Source: Trypanosoma brucei
Taxonomy: Eukaryota
Length of the DNA stretch: 64,000 bases
Direction of reading: 5' to 3'
NCBI GenBank assembly: GCA_000002445.1
Contig: CM000208.1
Coordinates: forward strand, 1,120,001 to 1,184,000
Shown here in pieces: positions 43,106-55,349 of the stretch. The notes beneath the pieces are model-generated. The model was not told the origin of the DNA. It made no database searches and saw only the letters and a list, made by a program, of their open reading frames with translations. Within the stretch, counting starts at the first letter, position 1; the number at the start of each line of letters is the position of its first letter. A program made the position numbers and the translations under genes.

Positions 43106-45646
43106 CTATAGCTTGTCCAGGAAGGTGTCGAGGCCCGGAATGTCTGGTTTGAGGCCCTTGCGTTGGCGAATGCTCAGCACCAGAGTGTTTGCCTGTGACT
43201 TGGGGTCAAGCGGGTCACCAGGGTACTGCTGCCAGTGGTCAAACACACACTGCGGGAATGCCTGGCCTCCGGTTCCGGCACGAAGGTCAGCGGTGAAACC
43301 GAACGACTCGGCGACTGGGAGGTATGCACGAACGTTGTAGATGGGTGTGCCTGGGCGGTTCTCCTCGCCGATAATCACACCACGGCGGCGTGTCAGTACA
43401 CCGTAGATGCCTCCCATGGCGTGCTCCACAGTCTGAATGTCAACCTGGAACATCGGCTCCATCAACCGCGGCGTAGCAGTCAGGCAGCAGGCATAGAACA
43501 CACGGCGGGCAGTGGGGATGATCTGACCGCCACCACGATGGATGGCATCAGCGTGCATCGTCACGTCCTCCACGTTGATCCTCACACCACGCATGTTCTC
43601 GTCACAGAGCACACCCTCACGTGTCGCCCATTGCCAGGCCGCAACGAACGAATCTTTCATTTCCATCATGTTCTGCACACCCTTCGTCACGTCCACAACC
43701 ACGTTGGGTCCGCGATTGTCGGGACCGTAGCACCAGATCTTACGCGCCTCAGCCACATCCCATTCGAACTTGTCCGCAAGGAAGCGGGCACGAGTCTTGG
43801 GGTCCGCCTCGGAGCCGGCATTTGCGCCATCCTCAATCTCAACGCACAGCTCCTCCGTCAGCGGCGCGCCGCGGCAGAATAGACGATTGTGTTTGTTAGC
43901 AGACTTGGAGAGACATTGTATCGACGACACATCCGTCACAGTTTCACGGAACGACACCACAGGTTCTGAGATCTTTAGCGGTGCGCCGTTCATAAAATCT
44001 TCCTGAAGATCCTTGAGGCAAATCTCCAAGTGCAGCTCACCAGCACCAGCAACAATGTGCTCACCGCTTTCCTCAATCGAACACACAACAAGGGGATCGG
44101 ATTTTGCAAGGCGCTTCAGCCCTTCCACCAACTTGGGAAGGTCCGACGGGTTCTTGGCCTCCACAGCAACACGGACGACAGGTGAGACGGAGTATTTCAT
44201 GTCACGAAGCGGGTGCGGGGATTCACCATCGTCAGTGATGGTGGCAGACTTCACAATGTACTTGTCCACTCCCACGAGACCAACAACGTTACCGCACGGC
44301 ATGTCCTCCACGGCCTCCTGGTAGCGACCCATCATCAGCACCGTACGCTGCACCGGCTTGTCCTCGTACAGATCTTGCTTCTTACCATGGATGTAGTTGT
44401 TACCCATGATACGCACCTTCTGACCGCATCGAACCTTACCAGAGAAGATACGACCGAACGCAAAGAAGCGGCCACGATCGGCGGTCGGTACCATCTTGCT
44501 AATGTACAGCATCAGCGGTGCATTCGGGTCGCAGTTCTTGATACCCATGTAGTATTTCTCATCTGGGTTAGACTCACCGGAGTAGAGCATCTCAGCACGG
44601 TAGCTCTGTGCCTTCTTGGGTGAAGGCAGGTGCGCTACGATCATCTGCAGCAGTGTCTCGGCAGCAGGAAGGAACTTCATCATGATAGATTTCAGTAACT
44701 TCTTGGGAACCTGCTCGCGCTCCTCGGTTGTCAGGTTAATGTTGAGTGACTTGAGCATCTTCTCCACCTTCTCAGCCTTCTCTGTCATTACTGCATCGAA
44801 GATCTGGTAGATGGGGTCCAAGCAGAACTGGCAGAACGCGCGACGTACACGCTCACCTGCGGCGTTTGTCTCACTCTTGATCCATTTCTTGTTCTTCGCG
44901 TCAAAGAAGTTATCACCCCATAGTCGCTCACACATCTTGGACTCATCAACACCGAACTTGGATGCGTACATCTTCGCAAAGCGGGTGACAGAGAAGGCCC
45001 AAGCCTGCAGGCCGGAACCAATGGCGACTGTACCCTTCTCGGGGTACACCTGCACGTCACCCATGACGGGGTCATTGTAGGTGGCGATCACAACGTTCAC
45101 GTTTTGCAGTGTCTTCACGAAGCCCTGGTATGCCTCTTCGGGGTCCAGCTGTAGCTCCAGAATAGCACGATCCACCTTGTTGATGAAGACTACGGGGCGA
45201 ATACGCTCAGTCAGAGCCTGGCGAAGCACCGTTTCCGTTTGCACGCACACACCCTCCACACAATCAACGACCACTAGGGCACCATCGGTCACACGGAGTG
45301 CAGCAGTAACCTCGGAACTGAAATCAACGTGCCCGGGTGAGTCAATAAGATTGATCAAGAAGTCACGGCGGTCATCGGGAAGGTCACTGATAATCTCGGG
45401 AGGTACATGGTAATGCATCGAGATGGCAGTCGACTTGATTGTGATACCACGGGCAATTTCGTCCGCACGAGTGTCCATGATACGTTTGTCACCGGCGTCC
45501 TCCATCTTAATGATACCAGCGGCACCGACAAGCGAGTCGGACAGAGTGGACTTGCCGTGGTCGACGTGCGCGATCACGGACATATTACGGATCTGTTCGG
45601 GGTAGTCCATGAGGGCACGGACCTCATCAACGGTGAAGTTGACCAT
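43106..45646 (-). CDS. EF2: Elongation factor 2 (copy 1)
   Basis: 846 aa with the G domain (AHVDHGKST…, [13 protein letters not shown]) and the diphthamide-site region (…[15 protein letters not shown]…). Unambiguous eEF2. Confidence 0.97.
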   Translation of the reverse strand: MVNFTVDEVRALMDYPEQIRNMSVIAHVDHGKSTLSDSLVGAAGIIKMEDAGDKRIMDTRADEIARGITIKSTAISMHYHVPPEIISDLPDDRRDFLINLIDSPGHVDFSSEVTAALRVTDGALVVVDCVEGVCVQTETVLRQALTERIRPVVFINKVDRAILELQLDPEEAYQGFVKTLQNVNVVIATYNDPVMGDVQVYPEKGTVAIGSGLQAWAFSVTRFAKMYASKFGVDESKMCERLWGDNFFDAKNKKWIKSETNAAGERVRRAFCQFCLDPIYQIFDAVMTEKAEKVEKMLKSLNINLTTEEREQVPKKLLKSIMMKFLPAAETLLQMIVAHLPSPKKAQSYRAEMLYSGESNPDEKYYMGIKNCDPNAPLMLYISKMVPTADRGRFFAFGRIFSGKVRCGQKVRIMGNNYIHGKKQDLYEDKPVQRTVLMMGRYQEAVEDMPCGNVVGLVGVDKYIVKSATITDDGESPHPLRDMKYSVSPVVRVAVEAKNPSDLPKLVEGLKRLAKSDPLVVCSIEESGEHIVAGAGELHLEICLKDLQEDFMNGAPLKISEPVVSFRETVTDVSSIQCLSKSANKHNRLFCRGAPLTEELCVEIEDGANAGSEADPKTRARFLADKFEWDVAEARKIWCYGPDNRGPNVVVDVTKGVQNMMEMKDSFVAAWQWATREGVLCDENMRGVRINVEDVTMHADAIHRGGGQIIPTARRVFYACCLTATPRLMEPMFQVDIQTVEHAMGGIYGVLTRRRGVIIGEENRPGTPIYNVRAYLPVAESFGFTADLRAGTGGQAFPQCVFDHWQQYPGDPLDPKSQANTLVLSIRQRKGLKPDIPGLDTFLDKL

Positions 45647-46265
45647 CTTGGATAGCTTTAAACAAGTGTATGTTCTACGTGAGTTACGAATGGTTGGGGG
45701 AACGACAAAAGGGAAGACGGGAAGAAGGATGTACGCACGCAGGCGGGGGAGCGGTAGGCAGCGAGCGAAGCGGACGGCTCATGTCACCCGTTGCCAACTA
45801 ACAGGTTGTTTAACAGACGCTCCACAATTCCTCCAGAAACTGTCATCGAGGCGTTGTTGCAGTGATGCATCTGACCATGGGAACAACATATACGTCCTTT
45901 ATGTTCGGGAGTAATGATTTCTTTCCTCTGTCTTTGACTTGATCTATCTCTCTGTCCATTCTGTATTTTAGATTATCTGAATATATTTACTTACTTTATT
46001 TGTATTGGTGCAGGACTTCCAATTTCCCGCAACTTTGCCCGTACGTCGAGGGAAGCACTCTCCTTAGCACCCCTTACTCCCTTCGATTGCACCTTTATAC
46101 TTCCATTACCTTTACTTTTCATATATGCCCTAATTTTTGGCCACTTTCTCCATTCGGTTTTTTTACGTTAGAAAACAGTGCTATTGATTACCCCGCTTAC
46201 GTTGGTGTGCGCTTAAATCGCCCTCCCGCCCAAACAGTAACACCTATGCACATTGTCCTGGTATG

Positions 46266-48806
46266 CTATAGCTTGTCCAGGAAGGTGTCGAGGCCCGGAA
46301 TGTCTGGTTTGAGGCCCTTGCGTTGGCGAATGCTCAGCACCAGAGTGTTTGCCTGTGACTTGGGGTCAAGCGGGTCACCAGGGTACTGCTGCCAGTGGTC
46401 AAACACACACTGCGGGAATGCCTGGCCTCCGGTTCCGGCACGAAGGTCAGCGGTGAAACCGAACGACTCGGCGACTGGGAGGTATGCACGAACGTTGTAG
46501 ATGGGTGTGCCTGGGCGGTTCTCCTCGCCGATAATCACACCACGGCGGCGTGTCAGTACACCGTAGATGCCTCCCATGGCGTGCTCCACAGTCTGAATGT
46601 CAACCTGGAACATCGGCTCCATCAACCGCGGCGTAGCAGTCAGGCAGCAGGCATAGAACACACGGCGGGCAGTGGGGATGATCTGACCGCCACCACGATG
46701 GATGGCATCAGCGTGCATCGTCACGTCCTCCACGTTGATCCTCACACCACGCATGTTCTCGTCACAGAGCACACCCTCACGTGTCGCCCATTGCCAGGCC
46801 GCAACGAACGAATCTTTCATTTCCATCATGTTCTGCACACCCTTCGTCACGTCCACAACCACGTTGGGTCCGCGATTGTCGGGACCGTAGCACCAGATCT
46901 TACGCGCCTCAGCCACATCCCATTCGAACTTGTCCGCAAGGAAGCGGGCACGAGTCTTGGGGTCCGCCTCGGAGCCGGCATTTGCGCCATCCTCAATCTC
47001 AACGCACAGCTCCTCCGTCAGCGGCGCGCCGCGGCAGAATAGACGATTGTGTTTGTTAGCAGACTTGGAGAGACATTGTATCGACGACACATCCGTCACA
47101 GTTTCACGGAACGACACCACAGGTTCTGAGATCTTTAGCGGTGCGCCGTTCATAAAATCTTCCTGAAGATCCTTGAGGCAAATCTCCAAGTGCAGCTCAC
47201 CAGCACCAGCAACAATGTGCTCACCGCTTTCCTCAATCGAACACACAACAAGGGGATCGGATTTTGCAAGGCGCTTCAGCCCTTCCACCAACTTGGGAAG
47301 GTCCGACGGGTTCTTGGCCTCCACAGCAACACGGACGACAGGTGAGACGGAGTATTTCATGTCACGAAGCGGGTGCGGGGATTCACCATCGTCAGTGATG
47401 GTGGCAGACTTCACAATGTACTTGTCCACTCCCACGAGACCAACAACGTTACCGCACGGCATGTCCTCCACGGCCTCCTGGTAGCGACCCATCATCAGCA
47501 CCGTACGCTGCACCGGCTTGTCCTCGTACAGATCTTGCTTCTTACCATGGATGTAGTTGTTACCCATGATACGCACCTTCTGACCGCATCGAACCTTACC
47601 AGAGAAGATACGACCGAACGCAAAGAAGCGGCCACGATCGGCGGTCGGTACCATCTTGCTAATGTACAGCATCAGCGGTGCATTCGGGTCGCAGTTCTTG
47701 ATACCCATGTAGTATTTCTCATCTGGGTTAGACTCACCGGAGTAGAGCATCTCAGCACGGTAGCTCTGTGCCTTCTTGGGTGAAGGCAGGTGCGCTACGA
47801 TCATCTGCAGCAGTGTCTCGGCAGCAGGAAGGAACTTCATCATGATAGATTTCAGTAACTTCTTGGGAACCTGCTCGCGCTCCTCGGTTGTCAGGTTAAT
47901 GTTGAGTGACTTGAGCATCTTCTCCACCTTCTCAGCCTTCTCTGTCATTACTGCATCGAAGATCTGGTAGATGGGGTCCAAGCAGAACTGGCAGAACGCG
48001 CGACGTACACGCTCACCTGCGGCGTTTGTCTCACTCTTGATCCATTTCTTGTTCTTCGCGTCAAAGAAGTTATCACCCCATAGTCGCTCACACATCTTGG
48101 ACTCATCAACACCGAACTTGGATGCGTACATCTTCGCAAAGCGGGTGACAGAGAAGGCCCAAGCCTGCAGGCCGGAACCAATGGCGACTGTACCCTTCTC
48201 GGGGTACACCTGCACGTCACCCATGACGGGGTCATTGTAGGTGGCGATCACAACGTTCACGTTTTGCAGTGTCTTCACGAAGCCCTGGTATGCCTCTTCG
48301 GGGTCCAGCTGTAGCTCCAGAATAGCACGATCCACCTTGTTGATGAAGACTACGGGGCGAATACGCTCAGTCAGAGCCTGGCGAAGCACCGTTTCCGTTT
48401 GCACGCACACACCCTCCACACAATCAACGACCACTAGGGCACCATCGGTCACACGGAGTGCAGCAGTAACCTCGGAACTGAAATCAACGTGCCCGGGTGA
48501 GTCAATAAGATTGATCAAGAAGTCGCGGCGGTCATCGGGAAGGTCACTGATAATCTCGGGAGGTACATGGTAATGCATCGAGATGGCAGTCGACTTGATT
48601 GTGATACCACGGGCAATTTCGTCCGCACGAGTGTCCATGATACGTTTGTCACCGGCGTCCTCCATCTTAATGATACCAGCGGCACCGACAAGCGAGTCGG
48701 ACAGAGTGGACTTGCCGTGGTCGACGTGCGCGATCACGGACATATTACGGATCTGTTCGGGGTAGTCCATGAGGGCACGGACCTCATCAACGGTGAAGTT
48801 GACCAT
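46266..48806 (-). CDS. EF2: Elongation factor 2 (copy 2, protein identical to copy 1)
   Basis: Identical 846-aa translation. The nucleotide sequence is identical to copy 1 apart from one synonymous site (45366 vs 48526). Confidence 0.97.
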   Translation of the reverse strand: MVNFTVDEVRALMDYPEQIRNMSVIAHVDHGKSTLSDSLVGAAGIIKMEDAGDKRIMDTRADEIARGITIKSTAISMHYHVPPEIISDLPDDRRDFLINLIDSPGHVDFSSEVTAALRVTDGALVVVDCVEGVCVQTETVLRQALTERIRPVVFINKVDRAILELQLDPEEAYQGFVKTLQNVNVVIATYNDPVMGDVQVYPEKGTVAIGSGLQAWAFSVTRFAKMYASKFGVDESKMCERLWGDNFFDAKNKKWIKSETNAAGERVRRAFCQFCLDPIYQIFDAVMTEKAEKVEKMLKSLNINLTTEEREQVPKKLLKSIMMKFLPAAETLLQMIVAHLPSPKKAQSYRAEMLYSGESNPDEKYYMGIKNCDPNAPLMLYISKMVPTADRGRFFAFGRIFSGKVRCGQKVRIMGNNYIHGKKQDLYEDKPVQRTVLMMGRYQEAVEDMPCGNVVGLVGVDKYIVKSATITDDGESPHPLRDMKYSVSPVVRVAVEAKNPSDLPKLVEGLKRLAKSDPLVVCSIEESGEHIVAGAGELHLEICLKDLQEDFMNGAPLKISEPVVSFRETVTDVSSIQCLSKSANKHNRLFCRGAPLTEELCVEIEDGANAGSEADPKTRARFLADKFEWDVAEARKIWCYGPDNRGPNVVVDVTKGVQNMMEMKDSFVAAWQWATREGVLCDENMRGVRINVEDVTMHADAIHRGGGQIIPTARRVFYACCLTATPRLMEPMFQVDIQTVEHAMGGIYGVLTRRRGVIIGEENRPGTPIYNVRAYLPVAESFGFTADLRAGTGGQAFPQCVFDHWQQYPGDPLDPKSQANTLVLSIRQRKGLKPDIPGLDTFLDKL

Positions 48807-49141
48807 CTTGGATAGCTTTAAACAAGTGTATGTTCTACGTGAGTTACGAATGGTTGGGGGAACGACAAAAGGGAAGACGGGAAGAAGGATGTACGCACGC
48901 AGGCGGGGGAGCGGTAGGCAGCGAGCGAAGCGGACGGCTCATGTCACCCGTTGCCAACTAACAGGTTGTTTAACAGACGCTCCACAATGTTATTGAGCAA
49001 GGAATTTGTTTTATATAGTTATCTACTGATGTCGTGTACTTTACAGTGTCGTTTATCAATGTTGTTGTCATGAGGTGGAGCCACGGTTGTTTGTGATGTT
49101 TTTCTTCTCATGTTCGGTGTGTTTTAGCAGTATCTACCCCT

Positions 49142-50278
49142 TTATGTGACCCACTGTCGCACGAATAGTTTTTCATCTCCGTTTTTTATAGTGTAGCCCC
49201 GTGTTCGCTCGATCCATGTGTACGTGGGCATCCACCCCGGGAAAGCAGCGTTGTATGAGTGAAGTACGCTCTCTGCAAGCGCCTTACTATATAGCTTTGT
49301 GCTTTCGCTTCTGGTCTCTCCCATCTTTGATGCAGTTATAACACTCTCATTCCAACCTTTAACGTTGATATACTGCAAACACTTTGTACCGATGTGTCTA
49401 AACAACTCTCTTAATTTAGAAGCTGTGGGTATGCAATGCTCATTCATGACGAGCAAGCCTTCGGGAGCTAACTTTGCGAATGCTTTCTCTATGAGTTTGT
49501 GTGAGTTAACCATTTTACCCGTCTTGGGTTCAAAAACATCCATAAAAATAAAGTTGAAGTCATCCGGGCAGTCCAGGAGAGCTTCCTCTACCGTTTTAAC
49601 ATGAATGTGCGTGTTCGGATTGCCATCAAGCAGGTTATTTCTGCGGCACGTTCGGACCACGGCAGGCTCAATTTCCACGATGCTAATGTGGGCCTTTACT
49701 CCCAGGATGTGGCGGAGACCAAATTCCATACTATTGCCACCCATTCCAAGAATTAGCACCTTTGTTGTGGCAGAGGGAAAGCTCGCACGGCCGCTTCCTT
49801 CATCTTCATGGACTCCGCACCGTTGCATCATTCCGTGCGTGAGAAAGGCGAAATGCAACATATAACCTGCCACACATTGCATTTGCTCCTGTCGCTGGAA
49901 AAACACGACCGATTGGAGGTTGTAACTTCCGTCATCGCCGGTGATATGAGCGTCTCGGTGGACAAAGTGCATGGACCCGAAGCCAAACACCTCTTCGTCA
50001 CACTGGACTCCTCCTTGTATATCAACGGTGCCGGGCGTCCCAGTTCTTCTGGTGGAAACAACGATATCAGACCGCATCCACACAACATCAACACCAGAAA
50101 ATATCTCACAGGGCTCACGGTCCAGGAGGCGAACATTGCACGACACAAGGGCAGGTTTTCTCTTACACACGGCGCGAAGCTCTACAAGTGCCTTCCAGAA
50201 GGGATACACGCGCAGAATTTCGTTTTTCACGCCGACTACAATATCTTCATTCGGGATTACTTCAACCTTCCCAACCAT
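49142..50278 (-). CDS. Spermidine/spermine-synthase-fold (class I SAM-MTase-like) protein
   Basis: …KVLILGMGGNSMEFGLRHILGVKAHISIVEIEPAVV…FIFMDVFEP… resembles the aminopropyltransferase/MTase Rossmann core (GGGDGG-type loop, D-x-F motif). The first ATG is about 50278 (MVGKVEVIP…). Confidence 0.55.
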   Translation of the reverse strand: MVGKVEVIPNEDIVVGVKNEILRVYPFWKALVELRAVCKRKPALVSCNVRLLDREPCEIFSGVDVVWMRSDIVVSTRRTGTPGTVDIQGGVQCDEEVFGFGSMHFVHRDAHITGDDGSYNLQSVVFFQRQEQMQCVAGYMLHFAFLTHGMMQRCGVHEDEGSGRASFPSATTKVLILGMGGNSMEFGLRHILGVKAHISIVEIEPAVVRTCRRNNLLDGNPNTHIHVKTVEEALLDCPDDFNFIFMDVFEPKTGKMVNSHKLIEKAFAKLAPEGLLVMNEHCIPTASKLRELFRHIGTKCLQYINVKGWNESVITASKMGETRSESTKLYSKALAESVLHSYNAAFPGWMPTYTWIERTRGYTIKNGDEKLFVRQWVT

Positions 50279-50479
50279 GGAACGCCTGCTGTGTGGACGT
50301 GATACAAAATGCCGCCTTGAAGCTCCAGAAGAAGTAAGGGGAGAAAAAGAAGACCAAAAGAGTACAACACGATAGAAACCGAATAAACTGTAAGCCACAT
50401 TCACGTGACAGTAGACGGAAACTTTTGATTATGCCCTCAGTGAAGTGTTCCCCAATTCTGGTTTCCAATATCAGCATTC

Positions 50480-51103
50480 TTATGGTCCCTCACCCGCTCC
50501 CCCTTTCGGAGCAGTTGAAGGAAGACGTGTAAGGGAGGGCCATATTTTCAACAGCACACGGCCACGGAGACATTCAACGGGCATGGCGCCGGTATGACGT
50601 GAGTCAAAACTCTCTAGAGGATTATCACCCTCGAGCCAGAGCCAAAGCGCTGACTTGTTTCCAGCACGTTCGAGGCATGTGTCCCATTCGTGTGACCTAG
50701 AACTGTTGTCACTATGTGCGCCAGTTTCTTCCTCTCCTCCTGAGTTTTCCGAAGGCTCACCCCCCAGCACCAGCGCCGGTACCGTGAACTGTAAGTTGTT
50801 CCAGTACTGCACGACCGAAGCATCGCTGGTGGTTCGAACGACCCGTTTGCAAACTCTTAACTCCGGTGAAATTTGCATAACAACAATATCTCCCTCCCGC
50901 ACCAACTGCATCTTCGTCAGTTCCCTTGCAAGTAAATGCACAAAAGATGGAATGAACAACACGTAATCACCGGGTATTAGTGTTGGATACATTGACCTGC
51001 CCTTTACTGAGCAGCAGACGTCAACGTTATATCCGATAAACGCCCCAAGAAATATACATGGTAGGTTTCGATTCACCGAAAAAAATCCCCAACGCATCAC
51101 CAT
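50480..51103 (-). CDS. IMP: Mitochondrial inner membrane protease subunit (signal peptidase I / S26 family, IMP1/IMP2-like)
   Basis: S26 motifs: catalytic Ser box …VKGRSMYPTL…, …GDIVV…, Lys box …VCKRVV…, and …GDNPLESFDSRHTGAMP…. The track start is GTG at 51205. The first ATG is about 51103 (MVMRWGFF…). Confidence 0.7.
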   Translation of the reverse strand: MVMRWGFFSVNRNLPCIFLGAFIGYNVDVCCSVKGRSMYPTLIPGDYVLFIPSFVHLLARELTKMQLVREGDIVVMQISPELRVCKRVVRTTSDASVVQYWNNLQFTVPALVLGGEPSENSGGEEETGAHSDNSSRSHEWDTCLERAGNKSALWLWLEGDNPLESFDSRHTGAMPVECLRGRVLLKIWPSLTRLPSTAPKGGAGEGP

Positions 51104-52173
51104 GTATGTTGTATGACCCTTCTCCCCTCTCCTTCTCTCCCCCAAACAGGCCTCAAAGCCTGAGGTAGTGAAGACGGTAATGGTAAGAAGAAAAGGAACT
51201 GACACAACCCGTTGGGTTTCCGTTGCCGATTACGGTCCCCAGTATCTGCACTATCTTGGTCCAAGGAAGAGAAATTCGACGAAGGTATAATGATACGGAC
51301 ACTACAAAGAGGAAAGAGAGCGTTTGATTGTTGTCATCAATAATAAGTCCAACTTCATGGATACCCAAACCCGATATACATTTCACAAACAAAAAAATGT
51401 ACGCATATATGTTCCGTTTTCATTAAATTGTTCTGTGTATCACCACCGGGCATGCGTACCGTGCCTCACAACGTGAAAAACAGGTTTGTGTGCAAGCATG
51501 CTGTGCACAACTCCCTGCACCTTGGTTAGAAACAAACTGAAACCAAACAGCAGAAGCAACAAGACAGTCATATTGCTGATAAATCGGTACAGGAGAGAGT
51601 GCAGCGGAAGTTATAAGCTCTAGCTAACCAAAAAAAAAAGGATCACTAAGTCCAAATCATGGTAGATATATAAACCTCTCATTCCGTTTTACGCATGCAC
51701 AAGCACAATTACACACTTCGCCATACGTGTATGCACGAATCCGCTCCTTCGGTGGAAATGGAACGGCCTTGGCACAACACTAACGATGAGTATGGCCGTT
51801 GAGGCACCCTGGTAGCAAAGAACTTCTCAGAAATCGTCTACTGAATACTCACGTCCTCGTCACAATGCCTTAATGTACTTTTGCCTCTACCAGCCGCATC
51901 GTTTGCCAACCCTCGTTCTTTGTTTGAAAACGCCCACTCTATGGATTTCGCCTGAAATGCAGGGAACGCAGAAAACACCCCAACAATGACGATAGGTCGC
52001 GGGTGATTTGTAAAAATGCAACCCACTCTGCGGCGAACACAACTTCCCTTCCCCGGTCTCCTCCTTTAGTAGCTCTGCCAACCCACACGAGGCTGAGAAC
52101 ACTTTAAACCTATTGTTTCGTATTCTCCCCTTTATTCTTTAATGTCTTCAATGCTTTACAAGCTGCAAGTACC

Positions 52174-53574
52174 TCAAAGATCATTTAGGTGTGGCGCAGG
52201 AACCTTGCGATGCCACGCGTGGGTACCGTACGCTCGTAGAGACTCCTCATTGGGGACAATAATCTCGCGACAGTAAGCAGAACCGCAGAAACACGAAAAG
52301 GGTTTCATGGTATTATCGCAGAAGGTGCAGTAATCCATTGTCAGTTCATCCCCTTTTGCAATGTCCCGGGCCGCGATTACGTTTAGTGAATGGTTCTCAT
52401 CAAAAATACAATTTGGTTCACAGGAATGATTTATGGGTCGCCAACAATTTGGGTCACTATCCCAGGTGACGTAGACGTGTCCATCTGCATCAATGGGCCA
52501 TGCATATTCTCTGAACAGTTTCTTCTTCTCCTCATCCCAGGTCTTCTCAACAAAAGGCCGCGTGACGATAGAAAAGCTTCTTTCCTCATCTTCGAAAACG
52601 AGCCCGCCCTTCGGAACATCCCTCGATGCACGAAGATAATAACCCTTATTTTCGCCACCGAAGCATACCTCAGCGACAGGTGCCAGCGGGGCGCGCTCGC
52701 ACTCCCGCACACACTCGTCTAACAATCCTTCCTGCGAGGCCACAATTGAAAGCTGCGTGCAGAGACCTAATAAAGAGCATCCAACATCTATGTCCTCTAA
52801 AACAAGTTTTTCCGAAGTTGTGCTTGAATTAAAGCGCAGCCGCGCGAAACCGCTGCGGTTCAGCACGTCTTTTGAAAATGCGGCGGCCCATTTTTCTATA
52901 GAAGGCTTCCACTTTTTTATGAAGGCATCATCTTGCTGCCTGGGGGGTTCCGTTGCCACTGCAAAACTCCCAGCGCCCCATACAAGGACCTCCAGCCCCA
53001 TATCCTTTACAGGGCTCACCTCCCAGGCGATCAGTTTGCCATGTGATTGAATGCCTTGACGTACCATACGAAGCAAGGCTGATTTCTTCTCAACAACGGT
53101 TTCAAAACGACTTTGAAGAGGATTTGCATTCCGCAGTTTTACGGGAAGACGGAGCTCAAGATAATCGGTTTGCGTGTCCGCCTTAACGACAGTAGACCGT
53201 GGTAACGGGAGGCCAGCGTAGAAGGCCATCATGAAGAGAACATCTAATGGTTGTCTCAACGTTGCGTAACGACATCCGCCATACAAAATATCGAAATGCT
53301 CAAAGAGAGAGGAGAGAACTTGAGGGCTCGCCAACTCTTCGTCCTCCGCTGTTCCGGTACAGAGGTTCAATGCACAACGGTACAAGTTCCGGGATGCGTA
53401 AATTTCCCGCACGGCACGGTACATGGAAGGGCCGTTGCAGACGGGAAACAATTTAAATGGGAACCTTGCCAACGGAATGAGTTGCGCAGTCATCGCTGTT
53501 TCGCACCCTTTGTCGCAGAACACTGCAACAAGATCTGCCTTGCTCATCCTGTGTTGCAGGGCTTCTGTTTGCAT
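52174..53574 (-). CDS. SET-domain protein (putative protein-lysine methyltransferase)
   Basis: C-terminal SET signature …RPINHSCEPNC…AARDIAKGDELTMDY…, followed by a Cys-rich post-SET region (…FSCFCGSAYCR…). ATG start with a polyY tract upstream. Confidence 0.8.
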   Translation of the reverse strand: MQTEALQHRMSKADLVAVFCDKGCETAMTAQLIPLARFPFKLFPVCNGPSMYRAVREIYASRNLYRCALNLCTGTAEDEELASPQVLSSLFEHFDILYGGCRYATLRQPLDVLFMMAFYAGLPLPRSTVVKADTQTDYLELRLPVKLRNANPLQSRFETVVEKKSALLRMVRQGIQSHGKLIAWEVSPVKDMGLEVLVWGAGSFAVATEPPRQQDDAFIKKWKPSIEKWAAAFSKDVLNRSGFARLRFNSSTTSEKLVLEDIDVGCSLLGLCTQLSIVASQEGLLDECVRECERAPLAPVAEVCFGGENKGYYLRASRDVPKGGLVFEDEERSFSIVTRPFVEKTWDEEKKKLFREYAWPIDADGHVYVTWDSDPNCWRPINHSCEPNCIFDENHSLNVIAARDIAKGDELTMDYCTFCDNTMKPFSCFCGSAYCREIIVPNEESLRAYGTHAWHRKVPAPHLNDL

Positions 53575-53610
53575 GCAACCAAAAAAAAAAAGGAGCTACA
53601 GTAGTGAGAA
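53575..53610 (-). promoter_or_regulatory. Polypyrimidine tract + AG: putative trans-splice acceptor region for the SET-domain gene
   Basis: The minus strand reads gctcctttttttttttttggttgcATG, with T13 immediately upstream of the ATG. Confidence 0.45.
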
Positions 53611-53936
53611 TTTAGGCGGCTAAACGGAGGAAGAAGGGAACAGACACACGTATACGTGTATGGGCAAGTGCTGCACTACTCAACGCACAGTGTAAACACA
53701 AGCCAGCGCACGCAGCGTGGATATTCGTGCTTATGTGTTGAAAAATAAAATAAAAAGCACGGAAAAACAGCAACTGTTTTCGCGCACAAATATATCCACG
53801 TGGAGTGCGGTTAGAGGCAACAGAAGGTTTATTGAGATGTGGGTAGGAGTACGCCCCAGGGGTTTCTCTTTTCTCCCCACTGGTACCACAGAGTAACAAT
53901 CTCTTTACAACAAACTAAGCAAGGGAAAGGTGTGTG

Positions 53937-54716
53937 CTAAAGAAGAATGTAAAAACAGTAAAAAATAAGCGGCAACAGCACAAGTAGAACCGTGAGCGCG
54001 GTGCCATACACGTAAAAGTAGAGGAGCTTCAGGTGCTCTAAATAATTGACGATCACCTTACCTGTTAACTTACTCTCGCCTACAGTGCGCGCAGCAAAGT
54101 TAAATCCAACTTCCTCATATTTACGAACAGCACACTTAACAAATAGCTCTAGTGCGATTTTGTACCCAATAGGGTTCACAACTTCTCGACCGCGTTGAAA
54201 AACATCGACGCGAAGACCAAAAAAACCCGACATGGGATCACTCAGTGGTGTAAGTGGCCTCGCCAGGAGTCGCGCACCCCACGATATGAAGCGACGGTGC
54301 AACGGCCAGTCCTTGTCAATTTCAACACCGGCTCCGTAACGAGTTCCACAAACGAACTCAACACCAGGTTTTTCAAGTGCCCTCAGCAAACGGGGTACTG
54401 TTTTTGGTGGGTGCTGAAGGTCCGCATCCATTACGAGAATGAAGCTTCCCTTGGATGCGGAAATGCCATGAATTACTGCACTGCTCAACCCCCGGTCGTT
54501 CGTCCTCACTTCGATACGCACACCGTAGCCTTCATTTCGGACTTTCTCCACAACTTCAACAGAACCGTCTCTGGAGTTATCGTCTACAATTACCATTTCC
54601 ACTTCATTCTTGGAAAAACCATCGTCAGCCAGGGCATCAAACACCTGCTTTGTAAGTGGCTCAAGGTTCCCACACTCCTTGTAGGCTGGAACAATAATGG
54701 AATACTTCACCGTCAT
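53937..54716 (-). CDS. DPM1: Dolichol-phosphate mannosyltransferase (DPM1, GT2 family) with C-terminal membrane anchor
   Basis: …YSIIVPAYKECGNLEPL…VIVDDNSRDGS…LVMDADLQHPP… are GT2 DPM1 motifs, and the C-terminal transmembrane segment (…ALTVLLVLLPLIFYCFYILL) matches the yeast/trypanosome-type single-subunit DPM1. Confidence 0.9.
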   Translation of the reverse strand: MTVKYSIIVPAYKECGNLEPLTKQVFDALADDGFSKNEVEMVIVDDNSRDGSVEVVEKVRNEGYGVRIEVRTNDRGLSSAVIHGISASKGSFILVMDADLQHPPKTVPRLLRALEKPGVEFVCGTRYGAGVEIDKDWPLHRRFISWGARLLARPLTPLSDPMSGFFGLRVDVFQRGREVVNPIGYKIALELFVKCAVRKYEEVGFNFAARTVGESKLTGKVIVNYLEHLKLLYFYVYGTALTVLLVLLPLIFYCFYILL

Positions 54717-55022
54717 TGTTCTACTTCCTTGTATTGTACTGCTTTTACCTAAACAAAAATTTCCTTCCGCTCTTCTGTTTTGCTATTCTCCTCCTCTTTT
54801 GGCACTTCTGAGTACAAGAAACCCCGATGAACTACAGGAAAGGTAAAAAATACGTGGAATAAACTGGTGTAGTACAATTATCTTTTACATCCGCTAGCAC
54901 ATCCGCCCTGTTCCCATTCTCCTGGTCCCTTATTTTACAACAATAGAGTTCTGTCTTTCTCCCCTTCAAAAGAAACCTTTATCATCCACCTTCCTACACC
55001 ACTAAAAATACCTTCGCTGGTA

Positions 55023-55349
55023 TCAGTTAATTGCGACGAGTTCCATTTCGAACACTAGCGATGCGCCGGGCTCGATACCCCACTCAGGAAAACCTTTCGT
55101 CCCGTAGGCGTATTCGCTTGTCATGGCAATCTTCGCCTTCTCTCCCAAAGGCATTTGAAGCACAGCCTCGTCCCAACCCCGAATTACATGTCCAAGACCC
55201 ACGCGGAATGAAAAGGATTCGGTCCCGCCTTTTGCCGGCCAAAATATGCGCCCATCAGGGAAGAAACCGGCGGCACGCACCGTGACGGAATCACCTGCTT
55301 TCGGACAAGGGCCAGTTCCTTTAGTGATGATGTCGTACTGAAGCGGCAT
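55023..55349 (-). CDS. FKBP12: FKBP-type peptidyl-prolyl cis-trans isomerase (FKBP12-like, 108 aa)
   Basis: …GDSVTVRAAGFFPDGRIFWPAKGGTESFSFRVGLGHVIRGWDEAVLQMPLGEKAKIAMTSEYAYGTKGFPEWGIEPGASLVFEMELVAIN. The track start is GTG. The ATG at about 55349 gives the canonical 108 aa. Confidence 0.9.
   Translation of the reverse strand: MPLQYDIITKGTGPCPKAGDSVTVRAAGFFPDGRIFWPAKGGTESFSFRVGLGHVIRGWDEAVLQMPLGEKAKIAMTSEYAYGTKGFPEWGIEPGASLVFEMELVAIN

Larger units (their letters stand above)
43106..48990. repeat. Tandem duplication of the EF2 unit: two identical blocks of about 2725 bp (CDS plus about 184 bp of 5' flank) separated by a 435-bp spacer
   Basis: 43106-45830 is identical to 46266-48990. Identity begins exactly at the stop codon, so the 3' UTRs differ, and ends about 184 nt upstream of the ATG. 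Repeat period 3160 bp. Confidence 0.9.

Noticed and set aside
43113-48996. Many plus-strand ORFs (60-215 aa) inside the EF2 copies
   Set aside because: They are antisense shadow ORFs within a highly expressed, codon-biased gene. Each appears twice only because of the tandem duplication.
25434-53574. Apparent 'cluster' of SAM-dependent methyltransferase-fold genes (LCMT, cap-N7 MTase, spermidine-synthase-fold, SET)
   Set aside because: Kinetoplastid polycistrons are not functionally organised operons. The four belong to unrelated pathways, so co-location is most likely coincidental.
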